Origin: Naegleria gruberi
Lineage: Eukaryota
Reading direction: 5' to 3' (one strand)
Assembly: GCA_000004985.1 (NCBI GenBank)
Contig: GG738930.1
DNA length: 64,000 nucleotides
The notes beneath the pieces were generated by a model. The model was not told where the DNA came from and searched no databases. It worked only from the letters and a program-made list of their open reading frames with translations. A program made the translations under genes and the position numbers. Of the stretch, positions 54,025 through 64,000 are shown one piece after another. Numbering within the stretch: the first letter of the stretch is position 1; each line of letters opens with the position of its first letter.

Positions 54025-55617
54025 ATGAATCCATTTCTTAACCTTGATTCTCTGATATTGAATTTGACTGATAATGATAATAATTTATTGGAAGACTTTC
54101 CAACAATTGGCAGTGTTACCAACACTGAAGAAAGTAATAGTTCAAGTCCACTAACAGAAGAATTATCTGAAACCAATAGTGACAATCAAACATCTAATGA
54201 AGTTGACTTTCATCCCATCTCTTGTATTCGTTGTAGGCGTATGCACAAATATTGTTGTAAGTATTCCACATAATATGTCAGAATTATGAGAATGTAACAA
54301 AACATGCAAATAGCCAAGAACAAACCTGCATGTGAAAGATGTACCTCGAGAGGTGTTGAATGCATCTATAGAGAACCTAAGAAAATCTTGAAAAGTAAGG
54401 AACATTCACCAACATCAACAAGCAAGAGAAAGAGGGATGCATCATCTGACCATCAAGTGGATGATAATCATCCCTCACCCAAGCATGTGGTGGTCAATTT
54501 GGAAGAAGCACATGTCAATACAACAACCATTGAACATTATGCACCATGGTACTTTTCCATGCCTCTTCCTCTCAACTTTTTTGTTACGAGTGTGACTAGG
54601 AGGGAAAACATGCATTTAAATAGAGATTTATTTGAACAGTACTTTGGAAAATATCAAGCATGCGAATCACCAGAAAGTTACATGCTGGAAAGGAATGCCT
54701 TTTATTGGAGTGTGCAAGCTCTGTTATATCAATCATGTGGAAAGTTGAATTTGGCTGAGGAATGTGGTATGAAATCGAGAAATTTAATTTCAAAAAGTTT
54801 CAATCCAAGTTGTATTATAGTTTCGTATACATATCTAAATTTAGGACTCTTCGAAACGGGAAGAGGAAATGTAGAAATTTCAAATTTTGATTTGCACTGT
54901 TGCAAATTTGGAATGCAAGCCAACATTTCAAATGGAGAGTTGAAGAATGAGAATTTGGCAAGGACTGTTTCATTTGTTGAGCAATTTTCTTTGGGTGAGA
55001 TGGATGTGTTGCGCCTTGCAAGTCGACTACCTTTCATCTTTGAGTTTATTTGTGGAAATGCATTAGCATCTCAATTGGTGAATTTATTGCAACAAAATAT
55101 TACAAAAGAAAATTGTCATGATATTGTCAGTACAGGATCAGACATTGTAAAATTGTGTATTTCTAACATTCGAGCCAGAATAACCAAAGATTCCAACAAT
55201 GATGAAAACTCTTCACAAAATGGATTTGAATTCACTCAAACATTATTAATTGAAGGATTGAAAATGGGAGTTTTTATTTCTTCCCTTAGTAGAACTGACC
55301 TCATAGAAGAATGTAGCTTGAAAATAACCTATCTGTGTGAAAGTGATGCTTTCAATCATTGTAGCTTGTTCATGATTCCATTCATTGTAATGGCCACACG
55401 TGTTAACTTGCAAGTGGTGAAATCCATCTCCAATGGTTCAAGAATTAATGCTCCCATAGGAGTGGGCGAGCTTGGAAATCTGCAACCAATAGATTATTAT
55501 GGAATTCTGCGAAGAAATCAAAGAGCTCTCCACTCTTTAAACTCTCGATTTTCAATCGTTTCGATTGTTCATGGAAAATTGATGGCATCAATAGGTGAAA
55601 TACTTGCAAACAAATAA
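54025..55617 (+). CDS. Zn(II)2Cys6 (GAL4-type) binuclear-cluster transcription-factor-like protein; join(54025..54256,54314..55617), ~511 aa
   Basis: A 57-nt intron (GTAAGT...AAATAG) joins the exons to give CIRCRRMHKYC-S-KNKPACERCTSRGVEC, i.e. Cys-X2-Cys-X6-Cys-X6-Cys-X2-Cys-X6-Cys. The exon lengths sum to a multiple of 3. Confidence 0.7.
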
Positions 55618-55840
55618 AGTATCCAAAATGTGCCTCATTGAAAATCACGAATTATATTCCACTTGTATATCTCCGTCAAGTTCAAATCAAAGTTTCCCAC
55701 TTCTCCAAAAATTGCCATTACACTAGTTTTCACTTCACCAACATATAAAAATCAATAAAACATTTCAACAGAAGTTGGTATCATTTATTAATGACAGTTT
55801 CTTGTGAAAGGAGTTTCTTCCACACGTGTTTTAATAAATC

Positions 55841-56083
55841 TTAAGCATTGTTGCATTGTTCGACCATGCCTGGAATTAAACAAGCATCAATTAACCAACC
55901 AATACCACACAAAGCACCAGTGAGGAGGTAAACAATACCCATAATTGGTGAATTCAAGTAGAATCTAATCATGAAACTAAACTAAACCATGCACACAACA
56001 ATCGAAACTTACCTATGGATACCAAGGAATCCAAACAAGAACCACAAAATGTAAGCAATAGCAATATCCTTTTGTTCAGCCAT
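55841..56083 (-). CDS. TM2-domain small membrane protein (64 aa); join(55841..55964,56013..56083)
   Basis: Absent from the ORF track because each exon is under 60 aa. MAEQKDIAIAYILWFLFGFLGIHR + FYLNSPIMGIVYLLTGALCGIGWLIDACLIPGMVEQCNNA. A 48-nt intron (GTAAGT...GATTAG) interrupts the HR|FY motif. Confidence 0.65.
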
Positions 56084-56560
56084 TTTTTTCAAGTGTTAAA
56101 TCTTTAGTTTGGTTTCGTTATTATAACTGTCATGGAATTTATACCTTGTTACACGCACTGAGGGTAAATGTTAAAAGAGCGTTAATCATCACACCCTAAA
56201 AGGAGTGTTTTAATGGCAATGAAGAAACTAAACTAAACCAAGATAATTGACATAACTCTGTAATATGGTGGCCATGGTTTTCTGAAAAGTTGCGATGATG
56301 GCTATTCTGTAAATACTCCAATGTCACTTTCCTTTTGACTGAGGTTTGTTGACTTTTGACTTGTATGAAATGTCACTTTCTTTCTAAGGGTTGTTTGTTG
56401 TTACAAACCAAAGTGCATCAATAGTTTACAATTGTTGTTTCTGTAGTGCGTTGTCGGTAAAGCGAGTCCGATTTTGAATGGCTTCCTTAACGAAAATCAA
56501 TAAAATATACTATTCAAAACAGAAGAACAAAGTTAAAGATAAAAAAATTAATCATTATCA

Positions 56561-57094
56561 ATGGCCACATCAGAGAAGAGTTTAATCCTAGCCTATCTGC
56601 TTTGGTTTCTATTCGGATTTTTTGGCTTTCATAGGTAAGTCCTTATTATCGACCTTTCTTCCACTTTCCTCCAGATTCTACTTGGATTCTCCAATCATGG
56701 GAATACTCTTCTTCTTCACAGGCGCTTTCTGTGGCGTAAGTACCTTCCAACCAACCCATAAATCCTCTAACTCTCCTATCAGTTTGGTTGGCTAATTGAC
56801 TTTTGTCTCATTCCTCATCTCATCCACCAATCCAATTCGAAACACACAATTTCCACAACAACAACAATTTTAAATTCAAATCCAACAAATTTTAATAATC
56901 AAAATCCAAATGTTGTAAATAATCAAATTGACAACAGCAATCAAAATAATTTTGTTCAACCACCTTCGTTTAATATAAAGGCAGTTCAGCCAATGATGAT
57001 GTCGATGGAACAGCAACCTGCGTATGTGCAGGCAGGTGTTGTGGGGTATGATTTACAGCAACTACCACCTCCTGCTTATTCATTTCAACAATAA
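56561..57094 (+). CDS. TM2-domain protein paralogue with Q/N/P-rich C-terminal tail; join(56561..56634,56675..56735,56783..57094), ~148 aa
   Basis: MATSEKSLILAYLLWFLFGFFGFHR + FYLDSPIMGILFFFTGAFCG + FGWLIDFCLIP... The first intron is at the identical position as in the minus-strand paralogue. Introns of 40 and 47 nt. Confidence 0.6.
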
Positions 57095-57255
57095 GTTTAA
57101 TAAAAATCTATTCGAAAAAAGTTTAGTTTCGAATTGGATTCTTTTCCTTTTTACTAAATTTGATTCAAACATACCAATTTTGGAGTCGTACTGGAACCTG
57201 TAATTAGATGTTGTGATAATTGGAAAGTTTTGAAATTGCGTTTCCAATAAAAAAA

Positions 57256-59766
57256 ATGCAACCTAGACTATTCTTCATCTTTGTTTGTCTCATTCTCATT
57301 TTCGAATATTCAACTTGCAATGATATTAGAATCATCAAACCAATCAATCTTCAAAGTCAACTACAAGATATCTCTGAACCATTCTCCATCATTTCTATTC
57401 GAAAGTATTACAGTTTAATCATTAATAATATAGCTCCAATCATGGGCAAAAGTGCAGAATTTCTTGACGATTCAACAACTCTTGCTTCATTCTCCAACCT
57501 TTCCTGCGTTTTAAATATTCCATCCAATGGTGAATTAGCTCCATATGACAAGTCAATTGTCAACTCGATAGAAACGACAAGCTCTGTATGTTCATCTTTC
57601 ATTTTGGTTGAAAGAGGAAACATGCAAATCGATGCAGCACATCATGCCTACCTAGTTTTGGGCGAAGAACCAACTTTAATGATTTCTCCGAATGATTTAA
57701 TTCCACTTTGGTCAATTGTGTTGAAAAATGCAATGTTTTATGAGAATACTCGATTTGGAATTTGGAATAGGACAATTGACCAGGTGTTTACATTATCACC
57801 GATATATTTTACACCTTATTCTGTTGAATATGTATTGGATAATCAATTAGAAAGTGAAAGAAATGAAATTGTGAAAGAATTGGAAGAGGAAATTTTGGTT
57901 GACTTGGAACTTTTTGAAATAGTTCATCGAATTCAATTAGCGGAAGGGAGAGTAATGGGATTTAGTTCGATTAGAGTGGACGAAACATTTTTTTGTAATT
58001 CAACATTACATAATTCAACTTTTGTGGAAGAATATCACAATGCCTTATATAGAATTGATTTCTATTTATATATAATACTTAATCTAGGTTTAGTCAATTC
58101 AAGTGGTACAATTTCTGGTATTCAGGATATTGATTTGGTATTTAGTGATGGGAAATTTCGTAAATTTAATCCAAATTTCATATTAGAATCTATTCGAAAC
58201 GTATTACAACGAGGAGGTTTCAACAATTATCTATCCTATTCTCATCCTAACTCTTCTTTCGACATGCACTACTTTTCAAACTTACAAAAATCAAATATAC
58301 GATCAGTTTCTGAACTCATGATTCATTCCTACTGTTTCAGTTATTACAATCACTATGCCTCTCAATACTATTTCAGAGATAGCTCTCTATTTTACCTAAT
58401 CTTCAATGATGTGATTTACTTTCTACTAGCATTCACTGGAATTGCCCTCCTCCTTCTCAACATCACAAGTTATTCATTGGATTTCAATCTTTTCCTAAAG
58501 AAGAGAATTTTACTTCCCCTCATGGGACCTCCTACCTTAATATTGATAAGTTTGTGTTATACAGTTGCGATCAGATCAAAGTTATCGGTTGCAACTTATT
58601 GGATTCTCATGATTATTATTGTGTTTCCAGTTCCAGTTTTGATAGGTTCATATATGGTAACACTTTTTAGGTTTTCCTATTTAAAGAATATGGATTTGTG
58701 GCAGAAAGTTGTTTTCAAACATCCCAAAATTCAAAGACATTTGGCATCTGTCAAATCCTCAGTGGTTATTTCATTAATTTTGACATTGGCAGGTTTCGTC
58801 ATTTGTGCAGCTCCTGTCATTGGTGCTTCTCTCGCTGTTTTATATAGCAGTTTGAGTGTTCCACAGGAGATGTTCATTATCATGTTTGCTGCTGAGATTT
58901 TGTACATGTTAATTCTTGCAGTAATTTTCTTTACTGTTGATTTGAAGAATAATGGCGCCAAAATTATTAGACGAAAGGGAATAGGATACTTTTTCTTCTT
59001 TGATGATCCGTTTTATTATAGAATTGACTTGTTAATTATGATGGTTATGATGTTGTTGATTATTCCAATAATTGTTGGTTCTTTGAATGATACACTTTCG
59101 TATTTTATTGTTCGAAAGGTATTCTCATTGATTTTCTTCATGATGTTTTATTCGATAATTGGTGGAACTGTTACAATATTTTATTGGATTGGCAAAGTGA
59201 AACGATTATTATTTAGGAATAAGGAAGAAGAACCATTAGTTACACAATTAGAAAGTTTGTTGGAAGACGAAACTTTCAGAGAAATATTCAAATCTTATTC
59301 AAAGAATGAATTTTCAATGGAGAATATTCTTCTATATGAGGAATTGGAAAGATTGAGAAAACAAAGGAAATGTACACTGCAAGATTTGAAAAATTTATTC
59401 GAAACCTTTCTTTCAGCAACAGCAGTTCACGAAGTCAATTTTCCATCAGGAATTAAAAAGAGTTATCAAGAAATTATGGACTCTTACAAGGACGACATTT
59501 CAGATAATAGTGAAGGCAGTAATCTTTCAAAATTTGTTTCGAATTTAGCAAACCTAAACCTTCAGGATCAATTAAAACACCAAACCAAAAAGGAAAATTC
59601 AAGAATTGAGCAAGTTTTCGAACTACTTAGACCTGATCTACTGAAAAACATGTTAGACACCTTTTCTCGATTAGAAACCACTCCAGAATTTATCAATTGG
59701 AAGAAAATGAAAGAAATTCAAGTTTGTGAACTTGGAGAAGAAAAATCAAAGGAAGAAAATGTTTAA
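57256..59766 (+). CDS. 7TM-RGS protein: signal peptide, ~380-aa extracellular domain, seven TM helices, C-terminal RGS domain
   Basis: The track start at 57220 is TTG; the ATG at 57256 begins the signal peptide MQPRLFFIFVCLILIF. Seven hydrophobic helices lie between residues ~395 and 660. RGS signature: FREIFKSYSKNEFSMENILLYEELERL ... FETFLSATAVHEVNFPSGIKKSYQEIM ... LLRPDLLKNMLDTFSRL. Confidence 0.7.
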   Translation: MQPRLFFIFVCLILIFEYSTCNDIRIIKPINLQSQLQDISEPFSIISIRKYYSLIINNIAPIMGKSAEFLDDSTTLASFSNLSCVLNIPSNGELAPYDKSIVNSIETTSSVCSSFILVERGNMQIDAAHHAYLVLGEEPTLMISPNDLIPLWSIVLKNAMFYENTRFGIWNRTIDQVFTLSPIYFTPYSVEYVLDNQLESERNEIVKELEEEILVDLELFEIVHRIQLAEGRVMGFSSIRVDETFFCNSTLHNSTFVEEYHNALYRIDFYLYIILNLGLVNSSGTISGIQDIDLVFSDGKFRKFNPNFILESIRNVLQRGGFNNYLSYSHPNSSFDMHYFSNLQKSNIRSVSELMIHSYCFSYYNHYASQYYFRDSSLFYLIFNDVIYFLLAFTGIALLLLNITSYSLDFNLFLKKRILLPLMGPPTLILISLCYTVAIRSKLSVATYWILMIIIVFPVPVLIGSYMVTLFRFSYLKNMDLWQKVVFKHPKIQRHLASVKSSVVISLILTLAGFVICAAPVIGASLAVLYSSLSVPQEMFIIMFAAEILYMLILAVIFFTVDLKNNGAKIIRRKGIGYFFFFDDPFYYRIDLLIMMVMMLLIIPIIVGSLNDTLSYFIVRKVFSLIFFMMFYSIIGGTVTIFYWIGKVKRLLFRNKEEEPLVTQLESLLEDETFREIFKSYSKNEFSMENILLYEELERLRKQRKCTLQDLKNLFETFLSATAVHEVNFPSGIKKSYQEIMDSYKDDISDNSEGSNLSKFVSNLANLNLQDQLKHQTKKENSRIEQVFELLRPDLLKNMLDTFSRLETTPEFINWKKMKEIQVCELGEEKSKEENV

Positions 59767-60390
59767 ATTTTAAATAAATAGAAAAGATGAATAGTTGTCA
59801 AGTTAAATAATGAAAGAATGGAATGTTTATTAAAAGAATTTTGATTTACTTCCTTCTATCCATTTATGTATTTGTTGTGGTTGACCGACATTTGGAAGAT
59901 CCTCCAATTCCTTCGCATTCTTATTTGAAAACGGACACAAGTCTTTTGGTGTTGTGTTAGATAGACATTTCGTATGATGTTTTAATTCCTTCTTTAGATT
60001 CGGAAGGAAATGAGTAAAATTCGGGCAACGGTTGATTAGTTTAAAAGAAGGACGAATGTGGACGAAATTAAGATAACAAACATTAAAAAAATAGCACAAG
60101 AGATATCAAACAGAATGAATAACAATAATAATAACAACAATAACGAACAAATGAGCAATGAAGAGATAATTGCTCACGTGTGGAGATTTTATGCAGAATT
60201 TCTCAGTGAAGACAGGTAAGTTGTTGGTTGACCATTTCTTCTAATATTATTGACAGTAAATCGAAAGATAGAAGGTTTATTTTGAGTTGGTTTGCAAATT
60301 GACATGTTTCCATGAGCAATATTTGCAGAAATAGGTCTTATTCGAAACTAAATTTTATTCGAAATATTGAAAATATATCAGAAAGTCAAT

Positions 60391-60921
60391 CTATCCATTT
60401 GGAACATAACAAACAGAATATCCAATCTTATTCCACTTTCCATCCACACTCCAATTACAATTAGAATATTCACAACTGAAAATATCACCTCTCAATGAAA
60501 CTCTAATTTTTTCTGAACCAGATCCAATTTTTCCATCATTGGATTGACCTGAACTTCCACACACAATCAAACCATCTCCAATAAATGCATTTCCATTCAT
60601 TGTAAAAGTTACAGCCAAATTGGTAAATGTGTACAAATATGGTTCTGCAAAATTTGTGGCGCCAATTATAATTCCTTTTGTGGATTTGAAAGAATTTGGT
60701 TGGATAAACATGGACAGGGCTGATTCTTTGAGAGGGAAAGTACGGAGGCCAATGGATTGGAATGATTGGTCATTGTTGGACGAATATCCAGTGTAAAACA
60801 TTGGATGGTCAACCGTGGTGTTGACTTGCAAGACGAAACGTTGTGCTGTTGTGAATGAGACGAAACTGCACAAGAAAATCAAGATTGAAAGTGAGAGGAT
60901 ACTTTTGTGTTGTTGTTGCAT
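60391..60921 (-). CDS. hypothetical secreted protein (signal peptide, Cys-containing, Gly/Ser-rich)
   Basis: 176-aa ORF with ATG at 60921. N-terminal signal ILSLSILIFLCSFVSFTTA. No domain recognised. Confidence 0.45.
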   Translation of the reverse strand: MQQQHKSILSLSILIFLCSFVSFTTAQRFVLQVNTTVDHPMFYTGYSSNNDQSFQSIGLRTFPLKESALSMFIQPNSFKSTKGIIIGATNFAEPYLYTFTNLAVTFTMNGNAFIGDGLIVCGSSGQSNDGKIGSGSEKIRVSLRGDIFSCEYSNCNWSVDGKWNKIGYSVCYVPNG

Positions 60922-61085
60922 TTTTTTTTTGCAAGACGAAAGGTGTGAGGCAAACTGTCCAAATAAATCCTATTCGAAAATATCCGAAACACCTTGAATC
61001 ATTGGCGAGTTTAGAATTATTGTAAATTGTTATTTGTTTATTATAATACATTAAATCATGGCTACTGCAAAATATTTCCAGTTTC

Positions 61086-62393
61086 TTAAGCCATTTGACT
61101 TGTTTCTTGACTTTCTTCTGATTGACTAACTTCACTTGGTGAGGTCACTACGATATTAGAACCAGATTGATGAAGTATGGAAGGTTCCTTTCCAACTTGT
61201 GATTTTCTACGTCCAAGAAGTGGAGATGGTGAAGAAGGATCTCCTTTCAATTCAAGATTTTGAGGAGTGGCAACTGACATGTTACTGGAAGAGGCATTCT
61301 TACCCTCTTGAGTCCAGTATGGAGCATAGCAAAACAAGACAAAGGAAGAGAATAAGGTTACTCCCAAACCATGTAAAAAGTAGTCAATAATATGCAAGTC
61401 ATCATTCAAAAGTGATGTGAAAACTGAAACAATAATTGACAGGATGGCACAAAGTTGGAAAATTAAAATACCAATAATGAGACCAACTATCTTGGTATAT
61501 GGACGGTTCATGAAGGATCTGAGAGTGTTGGTATGTTGAACTTGAGAAGCACCAAGAGAATTCTTTCTAACAACGTAAATTAAACGAATGCCACTTGCCA
61601 AAAAGATAATAATTTCAGTAATGTTGATGGCAATGTAAACAATGAAGAGTGAAATGTAGATTGGAGTGACATCAAACTTGATTTCTTGAATTTTGATTAA
61701 TAAATTGATCAAACCATTGAGAATAGCCAAAATGATTTGAACAGTGACAGCAATAACTGTCACTACCATGACAAACCAAAAGATAATAGTGTAAGCTTTC
61801 TTACTCATAGCACCTGCTCTCTCTACAGTTCTCAAACTATATTTCATCTATCAATATCACTCACAAAATATATTCGAAACTTACAAAATAATTTGAATAA
61901 ATGACATGATAGCAATAGAAAATGGAATCATCTGCAAGAATGAAATCACATTCTCCATAAACGAAGTAGCCCACATCAACTTTAAATCCTCAATCACAGT
62001 GTCCTTTTCAATATTTGGAGTTACCAAATTAATATGTAGCCCAGTACAATTATAAATTAATCTCAAAACTAAAGCAACTAATTGAGTGAAAACAAAGGAG
62101 AAGAGCAAAACAAAGAGGATTTTCTGGTTTCTCATGATGGTATCCTTCGATTTTAAATAGTACATGACTACGGTTGAGCAAATGATAATGTAAATTGGGA
62201 TGAAAAAGCAAGTGTTGGCAATTGATGTGGCGTTTTGAATATATTGTGGAAATTTGGATCCTGATGTGATGGAACTGACTGTCATGTTAGTGAAATCAAT
62301 TGCTCTTGGCTGGTAAGCCAAGTATTCACTCAACAATTGGTTTCCACCACTTTCTAATAATTTCGTCAAAGTATAGTCTATCAGTGAATTCAT
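61086..62393 (-). CDS. seven-transmembrane receptor-like protein; two exons joined by a ~54-nt intron (approximately join(61086..61830,61885..62393))
   Basis: The two track ORFs are linked by GTAAGTTTCG...GTTTGAG, giving ...IMSFIQII-L-TVERAGAMSKKAYTIIFWFVM. There are seven hydrophobic helices in total and a Ser-rich C-terminal tail. Intron coordinates are within ±1 nt because my hand count and the track disagree by one base in this stretch. Confidence 0.55.
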
Positions 62394-64000
62394 TTCTAAT
62401 AGTTGACCACAACTAGTTGTCTGTTTGTTTTTTTCAATTATGATCCAAGTCTAATTAGCGAATATCAAACTAATTGTGACTCTTTCCTTCCTTATAAGTA
62501 CAGTTGACTCTTTCCAATTTGAAATTAAACAAGTTTGGCTGTAAAGGATATTGCGATTCGATATTATGTGAGTATTTAAAACGGCGTCAAGCTTCTTCTG
62601 GGTGTAATCATTGGTTGACTTCATACTCAATAGTTTAAGCTTTCTTGATTGGAAAATTAAATTATTTTGAGTGCTGACACTTCGGCACTTCATCGATAAT
62701 AATGGATAGTATGTGCAGTTCAATCTTCATGGTTGAGGTGCACATTTTGAAGAGTTTCATGGTTGGTTTCTACTAATTGATTCAATAGTTTCTTATTTTG
62801 TAAAGTATTATAATTATTGTAAAAATGTTAAATGGATTATTGCACAACAGGTTCAGCCTGTTTTACATTAGATAGGGAATGGAAACTTGGTTATTCTTTG
62901 TAAAACTATGAAATTTTCAAAAAGTATTGAGTTTCGAATAGAGTTAAATATTGTTTCCACACAACTTTACAATCATTTATCCTCTACAAATATCTTCAAG
63001 GTGCAAAATTTTCATAACCAAAGCCCCTTCACCTCGTCGTTCCAGTGAACGAAAAATTTCTGTATGCGAAACTGTGTAAATTTCTTCTCACGACGGATTA
63101 GGATAATTAACATTGTCGATGGTAACACCATCACACAACTGGAATCACTTTTTAAAGAATTTGCTAATAAATTGATTCACTGTTTCGCATCAGGTTATTC
63201 CCACTTCAATAATGTTTTTTTATGCGATATGTACTGTTGTATTTACAGTTTCGAATAGTTTGTGAGGTCAATGAATAGTATTACAGACTTTAAATTTGAC
63301 GCTTTGCGGAAAAACCATTCGAAACTTGTGAAAAGAAAAGGTTACATTTGGCCATGGTGATGAGTTGAATTTTTTTTCTTGTTGGTAATCAAGTTTTTTG
63401 TGAGGAGACAAACAAAAAATCAATTTGGCCTTTAGGCTTATTTATTCGATTTTTTTAGACGAAACTGCCATTTATAAATCAATGAGATGAATTTCACACT
63501 TCCAATTTACTGAATTTTTGCTTTTAACAAGGTCAGTCTTTACAATTATATTAACTATTTACATTCCAATACATTATCCTATAATACAAAGAGTATTTAA
63601 TATTAAATATATTCAATACAATATTTAATTTTATATTTTTCAAAGATTTTATGTGAATTTAATTTTAAAAAAAAATCTCAAAATGGTTTCCGTAAAAGTC
63701 ATCATGCAAAACATTAGCCAAGCAAGCATTTTGGTCGTAAGTTTTTCACGTTTCAGTTTTCGGAATTTTTGATGCATTTTCGGAATTGAAGAATAATGTT
63801 GATGAATGGAAAACAACAACCAATGGAAGAGGTAAGTTGGAATTAATGATGATGAAAATTAATTATTGATGATGATGATTATTTTGTTGTTGTTCATTGT
63901 TTGATGTATATACGGAATTAATTGAATATTTAAATATTTTAAATATTTAATTGTTTAATTGATGTAATAATTATTAATTTAACTATTTGATGATGATGAC

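Noticed and set aside
1-64000. Prokaryotic interpretation (operons, defence islands, CRISPR)
   Set aside because: The window has spliceosomal introns that restore conserved motifs, Pol III tRNA genes, a LINE retrotransposon, eukaryote-only domains, poly-Asn tracts and gene spacing of several hundred bp with no Shine-Dalgarno logic. No direct-repeat/spacer arrays are present.

Overview
This window is nuclear DNA from an AT-rich eukaryote (about 65-70% A+T), not a prokaryote. The evidence is spliceosomal introns, three RNA polymerase III-type tRNA genes, a LINE-type retrotransposon, and eukaryote-specific proteins (Dis3L2, 7TM-RGS, chromodomain, F-box, Zn2Cys6, mitochondrial carrier). The introns are short (40-106 nt) and start GTAAGT, GTGAGT, GTAGGT or GTTTGT. 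The gene content (expanded PAS and receptor-type adenylyl/guanylyl cyclases, 7TM-RGS, Asn/Gln-rich low-complexity proteins) points to a free-living amoeboid or flagellate protist, possibly a Naegleria-like heterolobosean. That is an inference, not a database result. Six N runs (3869-3918, 29934-29983, 37793-38044, 43546-44624, 48688-49877, 53307-53920) are assembly gaps and truncate several genes. The six-frame track uses alternative start codons (TTG and others), so several listed ORF starts are not ATG. I re-derived the starts and splice junctions by reading codons. Main content: a 5'-truncated gene fusing a Cid1/TUTase-type PAP-associated domain to a Dis3L2-like RNB exoribonuclease; a CAX Ca2+/H+ exchanger; a secreted beta-amylase; two PAS-cyclase paralogues carrying arrays of RxxS motifs; a tandem pair of two-TM receptor-type cyclases; a catalytically degenerate cyclase-TPR protein; a 7TM-RGS and a 2TM-RGS protein; a 7TM receptor-like gene; a full-length APE+RT+RNaseH non-LTR retrotransposon with an adjacent internally replaced derivative lying upstream of tRNA-Leu; an OLA1/YchF GTPase; a Ser/Thr kinase; a class-V PLP enzyme; a chromodomain and F-box gene pair overlapping by ATGA; a Zn2Cys6 factor; a divergent pair of TM2-domain mini-genes; and two tandem paralogous small proteins of unknown family. 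There are no CRISPR arrays, rRNA genes or prokaryotic operon structures.
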